Below are positions 1 to 14,224 of a stretch of 64,000 bases of DNA, one piece after another. The position numbers and the translations under genes were made by a program. This stretch comes from Cladosporium halotolerans (taxonomy: Eukaryota), in the NCBI RefSeq assembly GCF_011745625.1, contig NW_027191466.1:496001-560000 (forward strand). The letters are read 5' to 3'. Each line of letters opens with the position of its first letter. Position 1 is the first letter of the stretch. The notes under the pieces are model-generated. The model did not search any database. It was not told where the DNA came from and saw only the letters and a list, made by a program, of their open reading frames with translations.

Positions 1-2
1 AC

Positions 3-362
3 TCGCCGCATCTCAATGGCGCCGCGAAGCAGGAAGGGGAGGAGTTCGAAATTGGAGGCGACAGCAGTCCAGAGCAGGAGCAGCATCACTTTGAGTTCTC
101 GTACGATGACGATGACGAGGTTGGCGGTGATGGCGATGTGGAAGACTCGGTGGTGCCAAGCCCTCCTCAACCGGAACCACCGCGTCAGCCGGCGGCGCAG
201 CCGCGGTCGAGGCGGGCGAGCCTTGCTGTGCCGGCTGCGGATGACGAAGACGATATGGAGGCGCAGTTGGCTTTGGCAATGGCGGCTGAGGAGGAAGATG
301 AAGAGCCCGCGCCTTTGGCGAGGGTGGACGAGAGTGATGAAGACGTCAGCGAGGAGGAGTAG
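3..362 (+). CDS. 3' end of a gene truncated by the window edge; acidic C-terminus, possibly an ELL-associated factor (EAF)-like protein
   Basis: The frame is open from base 3 (SPHLNGAAKQEGEEFEIGG...) to TAG 360-362 and ends in DDMEAQLALAMAAEEED...DESDEDVSEEE. The family guess rests only on the acidic tail. Confidence 0.55.
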   Translation, partial: SPHLNGAAKQEGEEFEIGGDSSPEQEQHHFEFSYDDDDEVGGDGDVEDSVVPSPPQPEPPRQPAAQPRSRRASLAVPAADDEDDMEAQLALAMAAEEEDEEPAPLARVDESDEDVSEEE

Positions 363-553
363 TGGATTTTGAAACGAGTAGCTGATTTATCCATCTGGTG
401 TCTCGGACTACCAATGCTACGTCACAGATTTGATGTCTTTGGGGAGCGAGTATTTTACGTGTTTCTTAGTATCTTATACCCATATACATACACGCAAGCA
501 GCATCAGCTTTTATCACTTCAACCAAAATCCCTACACCTCTTCAAAATCAGCC

Positions 554-5401
<4,848 letters not shown>

Positions 5402-5538
5402 TCAGTTGTTCGGATATGAGTTGTTTCGCCGAATCGGCGAGGATGAGGTCGGTCGAGTGTAGGCTGAGTATATCCCAGAGGCGAAGTTGCTGCATACAAG
5501 GCCGGTTTCTACGATGACATAGCGAACAAAAGCTGGCT

Positions 5539-5607
5539 TGACTCAATATTATTATGGTCTTCAATGGCGTGAAAGTATGGAGCTATTCCCTTCGGCAATC
5601 GAGTCAT
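5539..5607. promoter_or_regulatory. Two Gcn4/CpcA-type response elements upstream of ARO1
   Basis: TGACTCA at 5539-5545 and GAGTCAT (reverse ATGACTC) at 5601-5607, 160-230 nt upstream of the ATG of an amino-acid biosynthesis gene. Confidence 0.6.
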
Positions 5608-5983
5608 CTCGACCTTCTGACGACGCTGGCCGTGCGCGCCAGCCGGGAGATTTCTTCTCCGCCAAAACGCCAGGGTCTCCGCTGTCGGTGCTCACTTTGG
5701 TGCAGCCATCATTGGCTCAACTTTGATGGCAGATGCTCGCGGGATTCGAGTCTCGTTCGTATACGAGCAAATGTAGCTAATGGGCAGCAAGAACGTTACT
5801 TTTCGCCCATTCACATCCAGTTTTAGGACACTCGTTACATTGACATGAGTGAGCTCAAAACCAAAAATCGATTACAAGTCGCCTTGCGATAATTCTTTCG
5901 TAATGATACATTGGACGCCCTTGGGCCGTCTGATGTTGCGATACTATACAGTCCCATACGCCACGCTATGCCCAATTCCACAT

Positions 5984-7010
5984 CTATGCGCCAAGTGAGA
6001 TCTCACCCTGCCATGTACCTTCAGTCAGACCAAGAGTCTCAATCAGGTTCTGCCACCTAGGGCCACCCCTCTCCTTCCTCCTCAAGTACTTCAGGAGCTT
6101 CTGCCTCCTGTGTACGAGCAACCTCAAGTTCCTCTTGTTCACTCTGTCCGTTCGCCCTCTAGTCTCGCAGTACTCCGCGAGCGTCCTGATTTTGGCCGTC
6201 AGGATGGCAGCCTGCACCTCTGAGCTGCCAGTGTCGGGACCAGCACGCTCCTTCTTCTCCGTCACAGGTCCAGCATGGGCTCCAGCAGGCTTAGGGTCCA
6301 GTACCTGGTCGGTGTTGTGACGGCCGAAAGCATCGATGCAGCGCTGGGTGTTGACGCGCAGACGGTCCTTGGAATTGCCAATGGACAGGGAAGCAATGCG
6401 TTTCAGAGCCTCAGACGCGTTGCTCTGCTCTTGCGCGAGCTGTGCTCGGTACTCCTCTTCTGTGATTTCTCCAGTCTCGAACCTGGCGTTGGGGCCACTG
6501 ATTTCCGCTTCTGACGGTGACATCAACCAGTTGCTGTGTTCAATGCCCCGGTCTAGCTCGTTTTTGGTAAGGAAAAAGTTGAGGTGCTCGTCGCGGTCGG
6601 CAGAGGGTCCCGGAGCGTCGACGTCGGGTGACTGGTCCACGCGGAGTCTAGTAGCGGTCGAAGGTGGTTCTGGTTCTGAGGGGAGTGCTGTGTCGAATGA
6701 CCGGACAAACGGTGTCTCGATGCCTCTGATGGGGTCTCCAAGTTCCGCGGCTCGCTGCTTGGTCAGGACCTCACGCCTGCTCAAGTTGGCATCTTTGCGC
6801 GCCTTTGCCTGAGCAATCGCATATGGGTCTCGGTGTTTCTTGCGCTGGGTCACAGTCGAGGCATAGTGAGAAGGAGTGGTAGAGAATGCGCGGTGGAGAG
6901 AGGAGGGCGGCTGGGCTGTTGAGGGTCAGCGCAAGATGTTGATGTATGGAATCGGCGGCATTACCGGCAGGTGCCTTAAGACACGTGAAGATGGGTATCC
7001 TGGGCGGCAT
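5984..7010 (-). CDS. MRPS28: Mitochondrial ribosomal protein uS15m; exons 7010-6965 and 6915-5984
   Basis: S15 signature DTGSSEVQAAILTAKI...KRNLRLLVHRRQKLLKYLRRK. The intron 6916-6964 (GTAATG..GCTGAC..CAG) joins MPPRIPIFTCLKAPA in frame to QPPSSLHRAFSTT, which is presequence-like. Confidence 0.93.
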
Positions 7011-7276
7011 GGCGGCTGATGGGATGATATGCGCAACACCAACCTTTGCCATACACTCCAGCGCATGCCCGACTTCTCGCCCGCTCGGGGTTGGCCGCCA
7101 AGGCCGCAGCTGGGGTGGTGCTAAACAGGGTTTAGCGCGCACTGTGCGGTCGGCGCACCAAATCGCAAAACGCCGACCGAATTTCGTCGCTACTTTGGCG
7201 GGCAGCTTCAAGTGTTCTCTCCCACCATCTCGAACACCAACGTCGCAAGTACTCTCTCGACACACCGACAATCAAG

Positions 7277-8345
7277 ATGGCCGCCAAGAACCTTCCCGCG
7301 GCGTTCAACGCCACCTCCCAGGACATGGAGATGCTCCTGTCTGCCCAGTGCCACCTCGGCAGCAAGAACATGCAGGTGCACATGGAGCCGTACCTGTGGA
7401 AGACCCGCGCCGACGGTATCAACGTCCTGAACGTTGGCAAGACCTGGTACGTGGATTATGGCGATATGTCTGGCAAGGAAGTGCGCGCGAGCGGCGCGAT
7501 CGCAACGACATGAGCAACTTTGCGCCGCTCGCAGCATCTACACATACGGATATGCCAAGCCTTGTATCAAGAGAATTCAATGCTGACTCCACCAAAGGGA
7601 GAAGATTGTCCTGGCCGCCCGTATCATCGCCGCCATTGACAACCCCGCCGACGTCTGCGTCATCTCTGCCCGTCCCTACGGTCAGCGTGCCGTCCTGAAG
7701 TTCGCCGCCCACACCGGCGCTGGCGCCATTGCCGGTCGTTTCACCCCCGGTAACTTCACCAACTACATCACCCGCTCCTTCAAGGAGCCGCGCCTGATCG
7801 TCGTCACCGACCCGCGCACCGACGCCCAGGCCATCAAGGAGGCCTCCTACGTCAACATCCCGGTCATCGCCCTCTGCGACTCCGACTCCCCCACCGAGTA
7901 CGTCGACGTTGCCATCCCCACCAACAACAAGGGCCGTCACTCCATTGGTCTGGTCTGGTGGATGCTCGCCCGTGAGGTCCTCCGTCTCCGTGGCACCATC
8001 GCCAGCCGTGAGGCCGAGTGGGACGTCATGCCCGATCTGTACTTCTACCGCGACCCTGAGGCCGAGGAGAACAAGGACTCCGCTGGCCAGGACGAGGCCA
8101 AGGTCCCTGGCGTTGAGGAGGTTGGCGCCGGTGCCGTCGAGTCTGGCTTCAACAACGAGTGGGAGGTCTCTGGCGGCACCGCCGGTGCTTTCGCCGCTGC
8201 CTCTAACACCGCTGGTGCCCCCGCCGCCAGCACCTGGGACGCTGATGGTGCCGACTGGGCCGCCAGCTCCGCTCCCGTCGAGACTGGCAACCAGGGTTGG
8301 GCCGAGCAGGCCGGTGCCCAGACTCAGCCTGAGTCTCAGTGGTAA
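7277..8345 (+). CDS. RPS0: 40S ribosomal protein uS2 (S0/SA); exons 7277-7446 and 7598-8345
   Basis: [13 protein letters not shown]...[14 protein letters not shown]..., [23 protein letters not shown]. Intron 7447-7597 (GTACGT..GCTGAC..AAG). Strong codon bias. Confidence 0.98.
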
Positions 8346-9142
8346 ATGCAGTCGCCACGTTAGAGAGAGCGCTGGACACTTACCATCAAAAAACCAATTG
8401 AACTTATTCTCGCACAAACGAGCCCCAGCTTGCACGATCTCGGCTACAATATGTCTCGGTGCTTTATGAGGGAAAGATACCTGCCTTCTTTGTAGAAGGG
8501 AGGGGAAAGCCCTGCACCTAGGACTGAGGAGTGGGCGGACGTAACAGTTGCTCAGGCCTAGAAATACAATCCGTGCAACCCGCTTCTTGACTACTTGATC
8601 CTGTGTACTCATTGACGTTGTGAACGTTTGAGCTCGCTTCTGATCCTTACTTGCGGAACATCTTCGTGGTTGAATCTTGATTGTGCTCTGGTCATCGTTG
8701 CCCACTCCCCAAAGCCGCTCATTCCACGCAGAACCCCCGGTAAACGGTCTACAGATGCAAACAAGCTTGAATGCAGAAGTGCGACTGCAAAACCCGTCCT
8801 TTTGCACTCTCAATGACACCGGAAGATCTATTGTGGTTCATGTCTCTTGACCAACAAAGCCATCCGTTTCCAGGGAGAGACGCACCCTCGCATGTGGATT
8901 GGCGGGCAAACAGACCGCATTTCCTGTCGCATACCCTGAGTCCAAGACAAGGTTGGCAATGCACTGTGTCGAGTGATCCCCGAACAAAGGGGAATGTGAT
9001 CCTTTGCATCTGTTTCCGGCTAACTCGTGAGTCGCGGCACTGTTCGAACAAAGAACCTCAGGGTAAGCGATACATGAATATCAAATGCTTCGTGCACGCC
9101 TCCTGACAGCGCTTACATTTTGATTATCAACATTTCCACAAG

Positions 9143-10318
9143 ATGGCTCCAGTCACACGCTCTAAGACCCCGAAGGCTTCTGCTATCCCAACCGCTGCCC
9201 CAACCGCTGCCAAGAAGAAGGTTGGCAAAGTGCAGAAGGCAAGACGTGGAAAGAAAGCCATTGCCGCCAAAATCAGCAAGCCCGCGAAGAAGGCGCCGCC
9301 GAGCAAGAAGAAGCACCAAGGAAAAGCGACGAAGCTCCCGCTCATGGTGACGACTAGTGCCACACGCTCTCGCGATCGGCGGATGCCAGAGCCCAGCATT
9401 CCTGAGCCTCTAGAAGACGACTGGGAGTTGGCCGAGAGCTACCGCATCTTACCCTATCTGGACAGTCCCGAGTTTGCCACGTATAGCTCGGCGAGAGCGG
9501 GTGGAAGGAAGAAGGCCAGGAGCGTGTCACCCGCGCCAGTGCCACGATCTTTCTCGATCCACGGCCTAAGCGATTCATCCTCCAATGGTAACAGCCGTCA
9601 AAAACCTGCTTCCAGGGGTTTCCTTGCAGGTATGCCTCACATCACCGCTACTCCACCGCCGACTGCAGTCCATCCGTACAATGGCTTGGGATTCGTGGAG
9701 AGGCCGGGTAGGCACTCCCCACCAAGCGTGCATTTCGAGGACACTGCTGGCCAACGCAACGCCTATAAACACATTTCGAGCCCCAAAACCAGACTGGAGC
9801 TTGCAGACATTCCAACCTATGTTGATCGCACGGCAACTCGCAATCCATCGAGTAACGCTTCACGGCCTTCGAGCCGCTCGTCTGATCTTATTCTCGTAGG
9901 AACAGTTGCTCCTGCTCCTTCTATTTCGAAGGCAAGCAAGAAAGGCAAAGCAGGAAGACGCGACAGCAGCGTCGTGCGCGAGATCCTCACGCAGGTTCCT
10001 ACAGCCTCACCCCCAACTCGCAAATCGTCTCGGCGCACGAGTAGCGTCGTCCGTGGGATCGTTGACCAGGTTGAGCGCCAGTCGCCTGAGACGCCCGTGT
10101 CTGTTAGCAATGCGCAGGCCTTCAAGCGCCCTACTGTCGCTACTGTCAGGCGCGAGCGGGCGCAGATGATCGACGAGCTCGGTGAGTTGGCGGCGAAGTT
10201 GGCTGGCGCACGACAAACGTTTGAGGAGGTGATTGAGTCTTTGGAGGATCGAGTGCGGATTTTGAAGGCGGTGAATCGCATGCAGGCGCCGTTGGGTCGT
10301 GGTCGGAAGAGAGGTTGA
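9143..10318 (+). CDS. Hypothetical basic, disordered protein with a Lys/Ala-rich N-terminus and a C-terminal coiled coil
   Basis: 391-aa ORF with a good start context (acaagATGG). No family recognised. Confidence 0.75.
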   Translation: MAPVTRSKTPKASAIPTAAPTAAKKKVGKVQKARRGKKAIAAKISKPAKKAPPSKKKHQGKATKLPLMVTTSATRSRDRRMPEPSIPEPLEDDWELAESYRILPYLDSPEFATYSSARAGGRKKARSVSPAPVPRSFSIHGLSDSSSNGNSRQKPASRGFLAGMPHITATPPPTAVHPYNGLGFVERPGRHSPPSVHFEDTAGQRNAYKHISSPKTRLELADIPTYVDRTATRNPSSNASRPSSRSSDLILVGTVAPAPSISKASKKGKAGRRDSSVVREILTQVPTASPPTRKSSRRTSSVVRGIVDQVERQSPETPVSVSNAQAFKRPTVATVRRERAQMIDELGELAAKLAGARQTFEEVIESLEDRVRILKAVNRMQAPLGRGRKRG

Positions 10319-10635
10319 TACATAGGTGCAGTCAATTAAGGAGCTATCGTCATCACGCCCTGTTGATCTTCAATCCGTTCAGCACTTCGATGTCATGTTC
10401 TCGTGATTCGGATCGCATTCTGCCGAGCTCTAGCCAATGATCCGATCTTCGCGAGGCAAGCTCTTTGTTTCTGGGGGTCAATCCATCAATTCCGGCGCCA
10501 AATCCGGTCAAAGGCAGGCATTTCTTTGTTCGCCACAAATCAAACCAAGGACCCTAATCTGCCCTTGGTAATAGATATCATCAACGTGGATCAGAGCATT
10601 CACCTTCACATCCAGCCCAGTTTCACATACCAGCG

Positions 10636-11079
10636 ATGCCAGTCACGACTCGTCGGCGCGCAGCTGCCCTGGCGGCGGTCCGCCCCTCCGCTTTGAAATC
10701 GTCTCCCAACTCTCGAAGACATCTCAACCAGACCCTTACCCCAATCAGGACCCAAGAGCCTCAACGGAAGAAAGGCAAGCTCGTCGGCTCACGTCGACGC
10801 CTCAAGTCCTTGCCGCAAGACCATGAAGCTTATATCACGGCGTGCGACTTCGGGCACAGGCTCTACACCGGCGAAGCGCCACTTGAAAATGTGGTGACCA
10901 TCTCACCGAAGTTGAGAAATCTCATGAGCACCGGTGTAGATCAGCAGGCGAGGTACTATGAGAGGAAGCTGGCGCAGGTGAGCGCGGATCTAGCGGCCAG
11001 TGGCGACATGGAGCTTTGGATGGTGCATGATGTTGTCGATGTGGCGTTGGGGATGTTGAGGAAGATCGGAAAAGTGTAG
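10636..11079 (+). CDS. Hypothetical protein, 147 aa
   Basis: ATG-started ORF with a basic N-terminal half and a helical-looking C-terminal half, in its own intergenic slot. No family recognised. Confidence 0.6.
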   Translation: MPVTTRRRAAALAAVRPSALKSSPNSRRHLNQTLTPIRTQEPQRKKGKLVGSRRRLKSLPQDHEAYITACDFGHRLYTGEAPLENVVTISPKLRNLMSTGVDQQARYYERKLAQVSADLAASGDMELWMVHDVVDVALGMLRKIGKV

Positions 11080-11690
11080 ATTCGGGGTAGTAATAAATGG
11101 TTTGAGATGTTTCCTCATTCGTTCTAGTGGAATGGCTTTAGATATGAATCGGCCGGCCAAGTGAGGTACAGGTCGACGTATACATCCTAGAGTCTGTCTT
11201 TTCCGCGTGGCTATTTCGATCGAATTGTCGCTGCAGGAGCAGCAGGCTGATCGAGGCGACCTAAGTGTAGAGCACCTGTGAAGCGGCAATAGGTAAACAT
11301 CACCTAATCTGTTTCTCTTGGTATAGAGTGAAAGAAAGACAAGTTATGCATGCTCTGACGATCTGCCTATCGCCTCCAGCCGCCCGGCAGCCGGGGACTC
11401 CACGTGCCGGCGCTAAATTGATCGCTCGCTTCCGTTCCGCGCTGGATTTCCAACCAGTTCATAGAAACCGCCCAAAAGTTAGCACGCTTATGTTATCATT
11501 CAACGCCGAACAACGCGAGCCTTACTGTTCAACAGCCAGATCGGTATCAATGCCGCATTCATGACTAGGTAATTTTTCGACCACATCGCGCTATTCTCCC
11601 ACTAGAGCACGCGAAAGCCCCGGCACACTCTATTCCTAACATCTTCCTGCTCCATCATCTTCTAGCCCCTCCACTTCACTCCGTCCCGCC

Positions 11691-12547
11691 ATGTCTGCCC
11701 CACTACTCCCCAGGCTTTTGAGCAATACACGATCTTTGATACAAAAGCCATCGCTCTTCTCCCTCGCAAAACCTTCAATCTCCTCTACATCCCGTCCACT
11801 CAGATCCACTCTCAATACCCGCGCCTTCACCTCATCCACTCCCAAAGCAGGCCAAACAAACACCAAGATGGCATCCACCATGTCTTTGCTCGACGCTACC
11901 ACCAACCGTCGCAGCATCTACGCCCTCAACAAGACCTCTCCTATCTCCGACGCCCGCATCGAGGAGATCGTCACCCACGTCGTCAAGAACACCCCCTCGT
12001 CCTTCAACTCCCAGTCCGCCCGCCTGGTCCTCCTCCTCAAAGACGAGCACGACAAGTTCTGGGACGTCGTGCGCGACATCCTGAAAGCCGTCGTGCCCGA
12101 GGACAAGTGGGAGTCGACCGGCAACCGCATCGCAGGCTTCCGCGCCGGCTACGGAACCGTAAGCCTCCTTCCATCCCCTCCCCAAACCACCGCAGCCGCT
12201 GACCCAACCTTCCTCAGATCCTCTTCTACGAAGACCCCGAGCCCGTCAAGACCCTGCAGACCAACCTGCCCATGTACGCCGACAAGTTCCCCGTCTGGTC
12301 CGAGCACACGAGCGCGATGCACCAGTACGCCGCGTGGACGGCGCTGGAGGCCGAGGGGCTCGGCGCCAACCTGCAGCACTACAACCCGCTGCCCGACCAG
12401 AAGGCCAGCGAGATCTGGAACATCCCGCTCGAGTGGCAGCTGAAGGCGCAGCTGGTGTTCGGCGGCCTGCAGGAGGGCGCGCGCGAGAAGCTGGCGGAGA
12501 GGGCGGAGCAGCCGTTGGGTGGCAGGCTGTTTGTGCATGGCAAGTAA
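11691..12547 (+). CDS. Nitroreductase family protein (HBN1/FRM2-like); exons 11691-12158 and 12218-12547; second start at 11868
   Basis: NRRSIYAL, TPSSFNSQS, AGYGT|ILFYED, EGLGANLQHYNP, AQLVFG. Intron 12159-12217 (GTAAGC..GCTGAC..CAG). Confidence 0.93.
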
Positions 12548-12744
12548 AGAGGTGGACGGAGTCGATATTTAAGCGTTCATGTGCATGGTACATGATTATC
12601 TGAATAGAGGAATCTCCTCAGCGAGAGCATGGAGTTTAGAGAGCACGATAGAATGATACGAACGATACATTTCTCTCACACGTGAACAAATTCCTCCCAT
12701 TCGATCGTTATATCCCTGCCATCCCCGATCCCTCCGTCATCCCC

Positions 12745-13598
12745 TCACATAACCAAATGCCCACCATTAGTACTAATCAAACTCCCCGTAACATTCCTAT
12801 CCCTCATACAATACAAATACGCCTCCGCCACATCCCCCGGCTGCCCCACCTTGCCCGTCGTCATCTTCGCCTCGAAACCCCTCATCATCTCCGCCCTCTG
12901 TGCCTCCGGAATCCCGCTCCAGAGCTCCGTCTCCACCGCGCCAGGACTGACCAGATTGACCCTCAGCGGCCTCAGGTCGAGCGCCAGCTGCCGCGTCATG
13001 CCGTGCAAACCCGTCGCGTAGGAGCCCACGACGCTCCAGTCCGGAATCGGGCGTTCGGAGACGCTGCCCGTCGTCAGCGTGTAGCTGCTCGCGGGGCCGG
13101 GGCGGAGGTGCGCGGGGAGGAGTTTGCCGAGCAGCAGGGGCGCGAAGAAGCGCACCATGCCGGCTTTCTTGATGAAAGCGAAGTCGGCGTCGGCGAGCTT
13201 GATGGAGGCGAGGGGGTCGCCGGCGGTGTAGACGACGTGGTCGAGGGGCTGCGTGGCGTTGGAGGTGGTCTTGTTGAGGAGGGTGGCGAGGTTGGATTCG
13301 AGGGTGGCTTCGGTGCCGAGGTCGCAGGCGTGGCCGGTAATGCGGGAGGCGGCGGAGGGGTAGGCGGTTTGGAGGTTGGTGACGGCCGTGGAGACGCGGG
13401 AGGGGTTGGAGGAGGAGATGGTTACGGTGGCGCCGTATTCGAGGGAAGCTTCGGCGACGGAGTAACCGATGCCTGGGAGTGGATGTTAGTATGGTTGGCC
13501 ATAGAGTCGGAGATGGGTGAGAGGGTACCTGAAGAGCCGCCAATGACAAGGATGTTCTTGCCTTGGAGCTTGTTGGTGTATTTCTGTTGGTCGGCCAT
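12745..13598 (-). CDS. Short-chain dehydrogenase/reductase; exons 13598-13529 and 13472-12745
   Basis: KLQGKNILVIGGSSG|IGYSVA (Rossmann GxxxGxG across intron 13473-13528), PLRVNLVSPGAVETELW, VGQPGDVAEAYLY. Confidence 0.92.
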
Positions 13599-14224
13599 GG
13601 TTGTAGTTTGGGCTCTTTTTAGTATGAATCGAAAGATTCAGATGCTAAAAAGATTGATCTATGTTGGTGGTGAGATAGAATGAAATTGATAAAGAGCAGA
13701 CCCAGCGTATTCTTTATAAGGCAGCAACGTTGATTTAACAGTTGGTATGATGCTGAAGAAGTGTGGACATTGAAGATGTCGCGGACTTAAGTGGCGGAGA
13801 TAATGACATCACGTCACGGTAGTTGCGCGGCTCTCGACACCGGGACGTTTGCTTGGAGCATACTCAGCGCTCGCCTTACTGTACGATCAGCTGGAGTAAC
13901 GAAAATCCGATTGAAATAAATTGTAAATAAAGATGGCTCTCTTACAAACATGCCTGCCTTATGTCCACTGCCCACCCAGAGAGCTGCAAGAAGCAAGGCT
14001 TCCGCCGAGCGATGCGCTTCGCTTAAGCGTGGTCGGGATGCCGGCTAGCCTTTAATCGTATTGCTAAGCTTTTCCTGGGGAGAAGGCTTAAAATCCTGTG
14101 GCATTGCGCAATGGCTTCCCACGTAGGCGTCGGATGCGCGGCTCATGAATGGACACCTGCGGCGTTTGTAGCAGGTTGCATCGTACAGGCAGTCTATTGT
14201 GTATCTCCGACAAATGCAAAACGC

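Noticed and set aside
11691..13598. Nitroreductase plus SDR (and the distant 2OG oxygenase) as a secondary-metabolite cluster
   Set aside because: No backbone enzyme, transporter or cluster regulator is present, and the neighbours are housekeeping genes.
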